A stretch of DNA of 61,669 nt from Candidatus Omnitrophota bacterium (GTDB taxonomy: Bacteria > Omnitrophota > Gorgyraeia > 2-01-FULL-45-10). The notes under the pieces were generated by a model. It did not search any database, was not told the origin of the DNA, and worked only from the letters and a program-made list of their open reading frames with translations. Made by a program: the position numbers and the translations under genes. The stretch covers positions 1-61,669 of the forward strand of contig JAQURV010000001.1 of the NCBI GenBank assembly GCA_029004355.1. The letters are read 5' to 3'. This document shows, piece by piece, positions 1 through 9,763 of this stretch; within the stretch, counting starts at the first letter, position 1; each line of letters starts with the position of its first letter.

Positions 1-555
1 TTGGGCCCGGCGTTGCGTTACAAGTGGCTGGAAAAATACGCGCTTCAGAAAGAAGGCCTTGATGTGCGCTACGAAAAGATACTGGTCTGTCTCTCCATGC
101 TATCCGATATCAACTATGAGATGCTCGACATGGTAGCGAGGGCAGGGTTGCCGCCCGATCTGAAGATATTGGTCAAGCCTCATCCTATGACGGATCCCGA
201 GGAGCTGAAGAGACGGGTCCCTTTCCTGCGGGACGACAGGGTCAGCATAATAAGCGGAGGCATAGAGAAATGGATCCCGACGGCTAAAGTCGTGATCGTG
301 GGCCAGAGCAGTTCCATGGTCGAGTCCGTCTTCTTCGGCGCCAGGACGGTCGTAGTCGGCCGAAGGACGGATATAGATGTGGTACCGCTCGATATCGTGG
401 AAGAGGATGACTCCTGGAAATTGGTCTCGAACCCCGGGGAGTTGAGGGCGGCTGTCGACGAATTCTGCTCGAAAGGCAAGGGCGATCACAGGCAGAAGGA
501 CGGGTTCTTCGAGTTTAACATGGGATTATTGGACGATCTCATCACGGCAAAATAG
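1..555 (+). CDS. C-terminal fragment of a Rossmann/GT-B-like surface-carbohydrate biosynthesis protein (5' end outside window)
   Basis: The reading frame is open at the window edge and stops at TAG 553-555. The LKILVKPHP ... VVIVGQSSSMVESVFFG pattern resembles the C-terminal half of capsule/teichoic-type GT-B enzymes. I could not resolve the family by eye. Confidence 0.5.
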   Translation: MGPALRYKWLEKYALQKEGLDVRYEKILVCLSMLSDINYEMLDMVARAGLPPDLKILVKPHPMTDPEELKRRVPFLRDDRVSIISGGIEKWIPTAKVVIVGQSSSMVESVFFGARTVVVGRRTDIDVVPLDIVEEDDSWKLVSNPGELRAAVDEFCSKGKGDHRQKDGFFEFNMGLLDDLITAK

Positions 556-571
556 GACGGGCTTTGCATAT

Positions 572-1447
572 ATGTTCGAGCTCTTGAAAAAGATTGTCAG
601 GTGGTTGCGGCTCTTCCCGGAAGTCGTTTTTACAGGCGACAGTTCCGGGAGGCATCTCAATAAGGTGCGGGATGTGATGGACAGATACGATATGGTGACT
701 TCTCCCTCGGAAGATTATTTCAAGGATAGGTACATGCATATTATCGATTCTGCGCTTGAGGCAGGGCGTCTGGCGTACGAAGGCCTTAAAGTCTTGGATG
801 CCGGATGCGGCCAGGGCAGATTGGCGATAGCTTTCGCTAAGAGAGGAAGCAGCGTGGACGCGGTAGACGTTTTCCCGGGGGTCCTGGATAAGGCCAGGAT
901 CCATGCGCAGAAAGCGGGTCTGTCGTCCGATCGGATAAGGTGGATCGAGGGAGGGTTGCCGGAAACGCTCGATGGGGTCGCGGACAATTCGTACGACCTT
1001 GTCGTCTGCGCAGAGGTCTTGTATATGTTGGAAGAAGCAGATGCGACGATAAGAGGGTTGGTCCGCGTATTGAGACCCGGAGGCGTCCTGGTGGTCTCCT
1101 CCAGGACCAGGTTATACTATTTAGCCCATTCGCTGATGAGCAAAGACTTTTTGAGGTTTAGCCGGGCCGCCAAGAATAATAGTTATAAAGATATAGGGCA
1201 GGCCCTCTCGTGGTCCGACCCCAGGGAGACCGAGGACCTTCTCGCGGCGCTGGATTTGAAAGATATACGAAGGTGGGGCATAGGCGTGCTTAGCGGCATC
1301 GAAGGCGACCCTACCGGGAAGTTCTGCTTTCCGCATGAATTGAACGGCGCCGAGCGGGAGACGTTGGGTCAGGCAGAAGACAAAATAGCCGGTGTATATT
1401 CCGATGCCGGAAGATATATTGTTTATTCCGGGGTGAAGAATGGGTAA
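572..1447 (+). CDS. Class I SAM-dependent methyltransferase
   Basis: 291-aa ORF with motif I VLDAGCGQGRLA, followed by VDAVD and LRPGGVLVV. It overlaps the next gene by 8 nt. Confidence 0.85.
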   Translation: MFELLKKIVRWLRLFPEVVFTGDSSGRHLNKVRDVMDRYDMVTSPSEDYFKDRYMHIIDSALEAGRLAYEGLKVLDAGCGQGRLAIAFAKRGSSVDAVDVFPGVLDKARIHAQKAGLSSDRIRWIEGGLPETLDGVADNSYDLVVCAEVLYMLEEADATIRGLVRVLRPGGVLVVSSRTRLYYLAHSLMSKDFLRFSRAAKNNSYKDIGQALSWSDPRETEDLLAALDLKDIRRWGIGVLSGIEGDPTGKFCFPHELNGAERETLGQAEDKIAGVYSDAGRYIVYSGVKNG

Positions 1448-2924
1448 CAAAAACAACTTTCGCGTCCTTCTTGTCTATGCCAATGCGCCGATGGAGCCCC
1501 TCATGCCGTTAGGCGTGGCGTGCCTGGCTACTGCTTTGCGGGAAGCGGGTTTCGATGCAAGGCTTTTTGACACCACATTTTATAAAAAGAGCGGCACCGG
1601 CAACAGCCAGGATGAAAGGGCCCTCAGCCTGCAGATAAAAGCGGCGGATTATTCTTCGGTCGGGATCAAGTCCCTGGAGACGGACCCGGTAAAGGACTTC
1701 GCGGCGGTCGTGGCGGATTTTAAACCGGACCTGATAGGGCTTTCATGCGTGGAGTTGACTTATACACAGGGCCTTAGGCTCCTGGATGCGGTAAAGGGAT
1801 GCGGGATACCAGTTGTCGTGGGCGGGTGCTTTGCCACGTTTTCCCCGGAAGAAGTCATCTCCTGCGATCTTGTGGATTACGTATGCGTCGGGGAAGGGGA
1901 AGATGCGATAGTCGAGTTATCGAGGAGGATATCGTCGGGGGTCTCCCCCGCAGGCATTCCCAACCTGTGGATGAAGGAAGGCGGCAGGGTCACGAAATGC
2001 GCAGGCATGAAGATAGTCGATATAGAGTCGGCCCCTATCCCAAGGTTCGACATCTTTGATCCGAAAAGAATATACAGGGCTATGGCCGGCAGGATATACA
2101 GGATGGTGCCCATAGAATTTTCCAGGGGGTGCCCTTACCAGTGCACATATTGCTCCGCGCCGTCTTATGCCAGGAAATTTTCCGGTTCCGGCAGATGGCT
2201 GAGATTCAAGACCATAGGGCAGGTGATCGCCGAGATAGACTTCTATATCAAAGAATACGACGCGGAATATTTTTATTTTATATCCGAGACTTTTCTGGCG
2301 ATGCCCGCCATATACAGGAGAGAGTTTTACGATGCGTACAAAAAGTACAAAAGACCGTTCTGGTTCAATACGCGGCCCGAGACGATAACGGAGGATGATA
2401 TAAAAGAGCTCGAGGATATAGGTTGCCACCGCATAAGCATTGGCGTGGAGAGCGGCAATGAAGAGTTCAGGACGAACAGGTTGAAGAGGCACTATTCCAA
2501 CGAAGATTGCCTGAAGGCCGTCGATATCGTCCTGAGATCTAAGATACAATTGTCCGTAAACAATATGCTGGGCTTCCCGGACGAGACGAGAGAGATGGTC
2601 TTCGATACCATCGAATTAAATCGTAAGTTCAAGGCAAAGAACCGCACCGTGTCTATCTTCCAGCCCTTCAGGGGGACAGAACTTTATGATTATTGCACAG
2701 CGAAGGGATACCTGGGTTCCGAAAGTATGTGCGCCGAGTCGTTTGCCACGCCCTTATTGGATATGCCGAGCCTGTCCCAGGATGAGATCAAAGGGCTTTA
2801 CAGGACTTTCAATCTATATGTGAACGCCGACAAGTCTTTGTGGCCTCATATAAAAAAGGCGGAGTCGCTGGATGAGGAAGGCGACAGGGCATTGTCCGAT
2901 CTGATCGAAAAGGTAAAGGTCTAA
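1440..2924 (+). CDS. B12-binding-domain radical SAM protein (paralog 1)
   Basis: 494 aa with the radical SAM motif FSRGCPYQCTYC. The N-terminal domain is flavodoxin/B12-binding-like (RVLLVYANAPMEP, VVVGGCFATFSPEE). Confidence 0.85.
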   Translation: MGNKNNFRVLLVYANAPMEPLMPLGVACLATALREAGFDARLFDTTFYKKSGTGNSQDERALSLQIKAADYSSVGIKSLETDPVKDFAAVVADFKPDLIGLSCVELTYTQGLRLLDAVKGCGIPVVVGGCFATFSPEEVISCDLVDYVCVGEGEDAIVELSRRISSGVSPAGIPNLWMKEGGRVTKCAGMKIVDIESAPIPRFDIFDPKRIYRAMAGRIYRMVPIEFSRGCPYQCTYCSAPSYARKFSGSGRWLRFKTIGQVIAEIDFYIKEYDAEYFYFISETFLAMPAIYRREFYDAYKKYKRPFWFNTRPETITEDDIKELEDIGCHRISIGVESGNEEFRTNRLKRHYSNEDCLKAVDIVLRSKIQLSVNNMLGFPDETREMVFDTIELNRKFKAKNRTVSIFQPFRGTELYDYCTAKGYLGSESMCAESFATPLLDMPSLSQDEIKGLYRTFNLYVNADKSLWPHIKKAESLDEEGDRALSDLIEKVKV

Positions 2925-2928
2925 ATCT

Positions 2929-4086
2929 ATGACGATACCGAACGGGAATAAGAAAGGGCCGGCTCTCTACGAAAAGCTGATCCCGGTCTCGAGCCCGTCC
3001 CTGGGCAAAGATGAGCTCGGCGAGATAGGGAAGGTCTTCGATTCGAAATGGCTCGGCCTTGGCAAGTGGGTGCTGGAATTCGAGAACGAAATAAAGCGGT
3101 TCCTGGGGGCGAAGAACGCCGTGGGGACCAGTTCCGGCACGACGGCGCTCCATCTGGCGCTCGATTCTATCGGGATCAAAAAGGGCGACAAGGTGATAGT
3201 GCCTTCGCTGACCTTTGCGGCTTCGGTGCAGTCGATAATGACCACAGGCGCGACGCCTGTATTCTGCGACGTGGAACCGGATACGCTCAATATGGATGTC
3301 GACGATCTTGCCCGCCGCATCACAAAGAAAGTCAGGGCGATAATGCCCGTCCATTACTCCGGTCTGGCGTGCGACATGGATGCTATCATGGAAATAGCGG
3401 GGAAGAACAGGGTAAGGGTGGTCGAAGATGCCGCGCATGCCTTCGGGTCATCATATAAAGGAAGGCGGATAGGTTCTTTTGGCGATGTTACATGTTTTAG
3501 CTTCGACCCGATAAAGAATATCACGTGCGGAGAAGGCGGCGCCATAACTACTAATGATGACAAGCTTGTGCGCACTATCTATAAGAAGAGGATACTGGGA
3601 ATAGATAAGGATACGTGGAGCCGCTACGCCCATAAGAGGGATTGGTTCTACAATGTCACCGAATTGGGGTTCCGCTACCACATGAGCAACATAAATGCCG
3701 CCATAGGGCTCGTCCAGATCAAAAAGTTCGATGATTTTATGCGTAAAAAACGGGCCATAGTGGAGCGGTATGACGAAGAGTTTTCCGGGATAGGCGGGAT
3801 CGAGCTTTTGAGGCGGGACTATGAAGATACCGCGCCTTTCAACTATATCATAAAGGTAAAGAGCGCTAAGAGGGACGGCCTGATGAAATTCCTGAAAGCG
3901 CGCGGCATAGACAGCGGGGTCCATTATATACCGAACCACATCCAGCCGTTCTTTAAGGATTTCAGAAAGAGGCTTCCCGTGACCGAAAAGGTATGGAAGG
4001 AGATACTGACCCTTCCGCTATATTATGGAATGTCGGATTCCGATATGGATAAGATCATAGATTCAGTAAAAACATTTTTTAAGTGA
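2929..4086 (+). CDS. DegT/DnrJ/EryC1/StrS-family PLP-dependent sugar aminotransferase
   Basis: 385 aa. Family hallmarks are GTSSGTTALHLAL, VPSLTFAASV and FSFDPIKNITCGEGGAI (PLP lysine context). Confidence 0.9.
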   Translation: MTIPNGNKKGPALYEKLIPVSSPSLGKDELGEIGKVFDSKWLGLGKWVLEFENEIKRFLGAKNAVGTSSGTTALHLALDSIGIKKGDKVIVPSLTFAASVQSIMTTGATPVFCDVEPDTLNMDVDDLARRITKKVRAIMPVHYSGLACDMDAIMEIAGKNRVRVVEDAAHAFGSSYKGRRIGSFGDVTCFSFDPIKNITCGEGGAITTNDDKLVRTIYKKRILGIDKDTWSRYAHKRDWFYNVTELGFRYHMSNINAAIGLVQIKKFDDFMRKKRAIVERYDEEFSGIGGIELLRRDYEDTAPFNYIIKVKSAKRDGLMKFLKARGIDSGVHYIPNHIQPFFKDFRKRLPVTEKVWKEILTLPLYYGMSDSDMDKIIDSVKTFFK

Positions 4087-4087
4087 T

Positions 4088-5017
4088 ATGCCGACCGTAA
4101 GCGTAAATATACCGTGCTATAACAGCGCCCCTCATATCAGAGAGACCATAGCCAGCGTTCTGGGCCAGACGCTTAAGGACCTGGAGGTCATAGTCGTCGA
4201 CGACGGTTCTACCGACGATACCGGTAAGATAGTCGCTTCGTTCAATGACGCGAGGATAAAGTATCACTATCAGGCGAATAAGGGGCTTTCGAATGCGCGG
4301 AATAAGGCGATCGGGATGTCGGGCGGTGAATACATCGCCTTCCTGGACCACGATGATGTATGGGTACCGACGAAGCTTGAAAAACAGGTAAGCCTGTTGA
4401 ATTCGCATCCCGAAGTTGCTTTTGCCTACAGCAACTATTTCTGGCTTTTTCCGAACGGCAGACAGAAGCTTGTCCTGAAGGGCGAACAACCGCGCGGTAA
4501 TGTGCTGGAAAGTTTTCTCGGCGATTATCCTATAGGGATATTGACGGCGATGGTCAGGAGGCAGACCATAGGCAGCCTCGGGCTATATTTCGACGAGGGC
4601 GTTACCGTATGCGAAGACTATGATTTTTTTGTGAGGCTTGCCTATGCGGCGCAGGCTGGATACATAGCGGAGCCCCTTGCGTTCTACCGTATCCATGCCG
4701 GTATGCAGAGTATCAAATTCGGCGACAGGTATGCGGATGAGCTGGTTTATGTGCTCGGTAAGCTGGAAAAGATCTATCCGGGTTTGCATAAAAAGTATGC
4801 CGGCGCGATAGGCCGCATGAATTCTAGGATGGATTTTATGCGCGCGAAGACGGCATTGAACGCCGATGACGCCCTGAAGGCACGGAGCATTCTCAGGTCC
4901 GGCAAGATGCGGACAGGGCGTAATTTCTTCATGCTCTATTGCGCGACTTACCTGCCGCCTAAGCTCCTGAAGCTGCTTGCCGGTCTTAATGCGCGGTACA
5001 TTTCCAGGACGAGGTGA
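4088..5017 (+). CDS. Glycosyltransferase family 2
   Basis: 309 aa. N-terminal VSVNIPCYNSAPHIRETIASVLGQT..EVIVVDDGSTDDT and FLDHDDVW (DxD). Confidence 0.9.
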   Translation: MPTVSVNIPCYNSAPHIRETIASVLGQTLKDLEVIVVDDGSTDDTGKIVASFNDARIKYHYQANKGLSNARNKAIGMSGGEYIAFLDHDDVWVPTKLEKQVSLLNSHPEVAFAYSNYFWLFPNGRQKLVLKGEQPRGNVLESFLGDYPIGILTAMVRRQTIGSLGLYFDEGVTVCEDYDFFVRLAYAAQAGYIAEPLAFYRIHAGMQSIKFGDRYADELVYVLGKLEKIYPGLHKKYAGAIGRMNSRMDFMRAKTALNADDALKARSILRSGKMRTGRNFFMLYCATYLPPKLLKLLAGLNARYISRTR

Positions 5018-5018
5018 C

Positions 5019-6167
5019 ATGGCGTTTGAACGTAAAGTGAACATTCTTCATATAATCGAGAACCTGGCGTGCGGCGGAGCGGAGCGCATGCTCATCACCA
5101 CTCTTTCTCACATGGACAGGGAGAGGTTCCATAATACCGTAGTCTATCTGTATGACGACTCTTATTTTTTGACGGAGATAAGAGATCTTAAGATCGATGT
5201 ATATCCGGTCAGGCTTAAGAACATATATCAGCCGCTGGCGGCTTTGCGGGGCATATCGTCTATAATAAAAAAAGAGAAGATAGACATAGTGCATACGAAC
5301 CTCTTCGGGGCCGATATCTACGGCAGGATCGCCGGAAAATTATCGAATGCGAGCGTCGTAAGCACGCTGCACAATATGGCGTATGAGTCCGCCGCAAGTT
5401 TCCGGAACGGGCTCTTCCTCAAGAGGAGAAAGATACTGGACGGAATAACGGGGCGGTTATGCAATAAGGCTTTTATAGCGGTATCGGATGCCGTCAGAAG
5501 ATCCGCGGAAGCGTCGCTCGGCTTCAAGAACGTGAGCTTGATATACAATTCCATAGATCCGGACGCGTTCACCCCCGTGACGAACGAAGAGAAAAAATAT
5601 ATGCGCAAGACTTTAGGAGTGGCGGAGGATGCCATCGTCATCGCCACTGCCGGCAGGCTCGATTCGCAGAAAGGCCACGCATTTTTACTTGAGGCGTTGA
5701 GCGATCCCGGGGTGAAGAAGACCGGCGCCGTGCTCCTTATATTGGGAAGCGGCTCTCTCGAGGGGCAGCTTAAAGATATCGTGGGATCGCGGGGACTCCG
5801 GGACAGGGTAGTATTTTTGGGGTATAGAAAAGATATCCGCGGGATCGTCGGCTGCGCCGATATGTTTGTATTGCCGACCATTTCAGAGGGGTTTGGGTTG
5901 TCGCTTTTGGAAGCCATGGCGTTAAAGGTGCCCTGTATAGCTTCCCGTACGGGAGGCATAAGCGAGATAATAGAGAATGGCAGGTCAGGGTTACTCGTCA
6001 AGGCCGGATGCGCGGATTCCATCGCCCGCGCCATACTGGAATTTACCGGCAACCCGGCGTTAAGGAGAGAGATGGCGCTTGGCGGCTACAATAAAGTCAT
6101 GAAGGATTTTGATATCAGGAATAATGTGAAGATACTGGAACGATTGTACGAAGACTGCTTAAATTAA
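5019..6167 (+). CDS. Glycosyltransferase family 4 (GT-B)
   Basis: ATG 5019 lies 1 nt after the upstream TGA (5015-5017), so I ignored the ORF-track start at 4977. Motifs are GGAERM and EGFGLSLLEAMALKVPCIASRTGGISEII (E-x7-E). Confidence 0.9.
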   Translation: MAFERKVNILHIIENLACGGAERMLITTLSHMDRERFHNTVVYLYDDSYFLTEIRDLKIDVYPVRLKNIYQPLAALRGISSIIKKEKIDIVHTNLFGADIYGRIAGKLSNASVVSTLHNMAYESAASFRNGLFLKRRKILDGITGRLCNKAFIAVSDAVRRSAEASLGFKNVSLIYNSIDPDAFTPVTNEEKKYMRKTLGVAEDAIVIATAGRLDSQKGHAFLLEALSDPGVKKTGAVLLILGSGSLEGQLKDIVGSRGLRDRVVFLGYRKDIRGIVGCADMFVLPTISEGFGLSLLEAMALKVPCIASRTGGISEIIENGRSGLLVKAGCADSIARAILEFTGNPALRREMALGGYNKVMKDFDIRNNVKILERLYEDCLN

Positions 6168-6177
6168 CTATCGGGAT

Positions 6178-7734
6178 ATGAAGATCGACAGTAAGAAAAA
6201 TACCAGGGTGATGTTGATCAATCCTCCTTTTCAGAGGCTGAAGGGGATAGCGCACATATACCTGCCTATCGGGCTTGGATATCTTACTTCATATATTTCT
6301 AAAGATGGCGGGGTCGAAGCGGTCATATACAACGCCGAGTTGCCGGGCCCTTCCGAAAAGCTCGTCTTTAATATGAGATATCGGGATATGCTGGGATTTC
6401 ACAGCAGATATATAGACGCCCTCCACGACGAAGGCAATTACGTGTGGAAGGAGATCCGCAAGACGATAGCGGATTTTGCCCCCGACATAGCCTGTCTTAC
6501 CGTCATGACCGCCAAATACGGTTCCGCGTTGAACGTCTCGAAGATCGCAAAAGCGGTCAACAAAGACTGTAAGGTTGTGTGGGGAGGTCCTCACCCTACG
6601 ATAGAGCCGGACGGCGTTTTGCGGAACCCGGCAGTGGACTACGCAGTGAGGGGAGAGGGCGAAGCGGCATTAAAAGGGCTTATCGGCCTGCTCTCCGATA
6701 ATAAGGACCCGTCCTCTGCGCAGTTGGAAGAGATAGCGGGCTTAAGCTATAAGACGCAAAACGGGATAAGACATAACCCTCCCGGCAAACTCATGGAAGA
6801 TCTCGACGCGCTGCCTCCTCCCGCAAAAGAGAAGGTCCTTTTCAAGGAGCGTTATCTTCCCTCATCATGGGGTGATATTATAACATTGCGCGGCTGTCCT
6901 TTCCGCTGCGGATATTGCGGCGCCCACAATATCTGGACGAGGCGCGTCCGTTATAGGAGGCCAGAAAAGGTCATAGAGGAGATAGTCTCCGTAATATCGA
7001 GATACGGCACCCGTGAGTTTTATTTCTGGGATGATAATTTTACGCTGGATAGAAAGAGGACTCTTAAATTGTGCGGTCTTCTGCGGAGCATGGACCAGCG
7101 TATAAGCTGGGGATGTACTACCAGGGTCGACATCCTGGATGACGAGATCGTCAGGGAGATGAAGGCCGCAGGATGCAGTAATATATCCATAGGGATCGAA
7201 AGCGGCAGCGAAAAGATGCTCAAATGTATCCACAAAGAGATTACCGTAGAGATGGTGATGAATGCCGTAGGCCTTCTCGATAAGCACGGTCTGAAATACG
7301 AGGCCTTCTTTATGGTGGGTTTCCCCGAAGAGACCAGGGACGACCTCGAAAAGACATTCGGTCTGATGAAGAACCTTAAGAATGGGAGGGTCTGCTTCAG
7401 CATATTCACGCCGTATCCCGGGACGGAGCAGTACGACGTCGCCAAAGATAACGGCCTTATACCCGATTCGCCCGACTGGAGCAGGTTTTCGCACCAGAGC
7501 AAAGAGAATTATTTCATGAAGAACGTGGAAGAGGACGAATTTAAAAGATTTGTAGAAAATATTTCGGTATGGATAGACGATAACAACGCAAAGAAGGCCG
7601 CGATCGGGGCCCTTTTATGGAACGCCTGTCTCAATATCGGGCCGTTAGTGAGAAACCCGAGGCTGGTAGTCAATAAGGTAAAGACGTTTCACGGCATCGT
7701 AAAGAACAAGATGAGAGCCCTGAATAAAAGATGA
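6178..7734 (+). CDS. B12-binding-domain radical SAM protein (paralog 2)
   Basis: 518 aa with VMLINPPF, VVWGGPHPTIEPD and LRGCPFRCGYC. Confidence 0.85.
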   Translation: MKIDSKKNTRVMLINPPFQRLKGIAHIYLPIGLGYLTSYISKDGGVEAVIYNAELPGPSEKLVFNMRYRDMLGFHSRYIDALHDEGNYVWKEIRKTIADFAPDIACLTVMTAKYGSALNVSKIAKAVNKDCKVVWGGPHPTIEPDGVLRNPAVDYAVRGEGEAALKGLIGLLSDNKDPSSAQLEEIAGLSYKTQNGIRHNPPGKLMEDLDALPPPAKEKVLFKERYLPSSWGDIITLRGCPFRCGYCGAHNIWTRRVRYRRPEKVIEEIVSVISRYGTREFYFWDDNFTLDRKRTLKLCGLLRSMDQRISWGCTTRVDILDDEIVREMKAAGCSNISIGIESGSEKMLKCIHKEITVEMVMNAVGLLDKHGLKYEAFFMVGFPEETRDDLEKTFGLMKNLKNGRVCFSIFTPYPGTEQYDVAKDNGLIPDSPDWSRFSHQSKENYFMKNVEEDEFKRFVENISVWIDDNNAKKAAIGALLWNACLNIGPLVRNPRLVVNKVKTFHGIVKNKMRALNKR

Positions 7735-8792
7735 AGAAGATAGTGACCATAATAGGCGCCCGGCCGCAGTTCATAAAGATGGCTCTAGTGTCGAAGGCGT
7801 TAAAGGCAAATGGCATAAAAGAGGTAGTGATCCATACCGGCCAGCATTATGACAAGAATCTATCGGCCATATTTTTTAAGGAACTCGGCATAGCCCGGCC
7901 CGACTATAACCTTGGCGTAGGATCCGGCCCTTATCGTGAGCAGGTGACCGGTATGCTCACCGGCATAGAGAAGGTCCTGGCCCGCGAAAAGCCGGCGATC
8001 GTATTGGTCTATGGAGATACCAATTCGACCGTTGCGGGGGCGTTCGCGGCGTCAAAGGGCGGGTTTGCGATCGCGCATGTAGAAGCTGGCTTAAGGAGCT
8101 TTAACCGCAATATGGCAGAAGAGGTGAACCGCATTATCACGGATGCCCTGGCAGACATATTGTTCTGTCCGACGAGGACGGCGGTCGATAACCTGGAAAA
8201 GGAAGGCAGGTCCGACGGCGTATATCTTGTCGGCGACGTGATGTATGATTCCATAAAATGGAATATGGACAGGATAAAGCACGCCCCCGGAAGATCACAG
8301 TACATTTTATGCACGATACACAGGGCGGAGAACGCGGATTCGGCAGAAAACTTACACGAAATATTCAAGGCCCTGGGTTCCATAAAAAAGAAGGTGATAT
8401 TGCCGCTCCATCCCAGGACAGCCGGGGCCTTAAAAAAGTATGGCATTAAGGCAGGGTCGAATATCGGCATCATCAAGCCGGTCAGTTATATGAAGATGCT
8501 CGACCTGGAACAGCATGCAAATGTCATAATTACCGATTCGGGCGGCGTTCAAAAAGAAGCGTTTATATTTGGTATACCCTGTGTTACCATAAGAGGCCAA
8601 ACGGAATGGGTGGAATCCGTCCGGAGCCGCATGAATATTGTCGTAGAAGCGAAGTCGGGAAAGATAGTATCGGCGGTTAGGAAAATGGAAAGACGCAGGA
8701 AGAAAGTAGACCCGGAAGTTTACTATGGCAATGGATACGCGCACCGGAAGATAGCCGATATACTTGAAAAGGAGCTCGCAGAGTCGAAATGA
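7731..8792 (+). CDS. wecB: UDP-N-acetylglucosamine 2-epimerase (non-hydrolysing type)
   Basis: 353 aa with IIGARPQFIKMA, HTGQHYD, YGDTNST and HVEAGLRSFNRNMAEEVNR. It starts with an ATGA overlap on the upstream stop. Confidence 0.85.
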   Translation: MKKIVTIIGARPQFIKMALVSKALKANGIKEVVIHTGQHYDKNLSAIFFKELGIARPDYNLGVGSGPYREQVTGMLTGIEKVLAREKPAIVLVYGDTNSTVAGAFAASKGGFAIAHVEAGLRSFNRNMAEEVNRIITDALADILFCPTRTAVDNLEKEGRSDGVYLVGDVMYDSIKWNMDRIKHAPGRSQYILCTIHRAENADSAENLHEIFKALGSIKKKVILPLHPRTAGALKKYGIKAGSNIGIIKPVSYMKMLDLEQHANVIITDSGGVQKEAFIFGIPCVTIRGQTEWVESVRSRMNIVVEAKSGKIVSAVRKMERRRKKVDPEVYYGNGYAHRKIADILEKELAESK

Positions 8793-9757
8793 AGAGAGTG
8801 CTGATAACCGGCGTTGCCGGAATGATCGGATCGCACCTGGCGGATGAGCTTTTAAATAGGGGGTACGCGGTAACGGGCATCGACAATCTTAATGTCGGCA
8901 CCAGAAAGAATATCGCGTCCAGCCTTAAGAATAGTAGTTTCAAATTTATAAAATGCGATATAACCGATCCCGCGTCGCTTAAAAAGGCCGCTTCGAAGAC
9001 AGAGATAATAGTGCACATGGCCGCCTCCAAAAAGATAGGGGAGTCGGGCGATGCCCTGAAGACCTTGAAGATAAATTGCGAAGGTACGCGCAACGTCTTC
9101 GATTGCGCTAAGGCCATCGGTGCGAAAGTGGTATTTGCTTCGACCTCGGATGTTTACGGGTCCTCAGGCGATATCCCGTTCAGGGAGGATGGCAGGCTTG
9201 TCATAGGTTCCCCGACGGCAAAGAGGTGGGCGTATGCGGTCTCGAAGATATACGGGGAGCAGCTGGCGTTTGCCTGCTACAAGGAAGACAATGTCCCGAT
9301 AGTGGTGCTTCGTTATTTCGGGGCCTTCAGCTCCCGTTCAAGTTTTACCTGGAGCGGCGGGCATATCCCTGTCTTTATCGACGCCGTTCTAAACGACAGG
9401 GAGATAGTGATCCACGGCGACGGCAAACAGACCCGTTCTATGGCATATGTGGATGATGTTGTGAACGGTACGGTGCTTGCTCTGGAGAGCCGTAAAGCTG
9501 TAGGCGAGATCTTCAATATAGGCAACGATGAAGAGGTGAGCGTTATCGATACCGCCAGGCTGATACAAAGAGTATGCGGCAAGAAGAAGATCAAGATACG
9601 ATTTGTCCCCCAGAGCAAGGTCTTTGGCGATTACGAAGAGATAAAGAGACGTGTGCCTGATCTTTCGAAGGCAAAGCTGTTCTTGGGATACGCGCCCAAG
9701 GTCAGTTTTGAAGAAGGTTTAAGGCTGGTTATAAAAACCCATAAACATAGGACATAA
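8789..9757 (+). CDS. NAD-dependent epimerase/dehydratase (extended SDR)
   Basis: 322 aa with GVAGMIGSHL (GxxGxxG) and the YAVSK catalytic YxxxK. ATGA overlap with the upstream gene. Confidence 0.85.
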   Translation: MKRVLITGVAGMIGSHLADELLNRGYAVTGIDNLNVGTRKNIASSLKNSSFKFIKCDITDPASLKKAASKTEIIVHMAASKKIGESGDALKTLKINCEGTRNVFDCAKAIGAKVVFASTSDVYGSSGDIPFREDGRLVIGSPTAKRWAYAVSKIYGEQLAFACYKEDNVPIVVLRYFGAFSSRSSFTWSGGHIPVFIDAVLNDREIVIHGDGKQTRSMAYVDDVVNGTVLALESRKAVGEIFNIGNDEEVSVIDTARLIQRVCGKKKIKIRFVPQSKVFGDYEEIKRRVPDLSKAKLFLGYAPKVSFEEGLRLVIKTHKHRT

Positions 9758-9763
9758 CGACAG

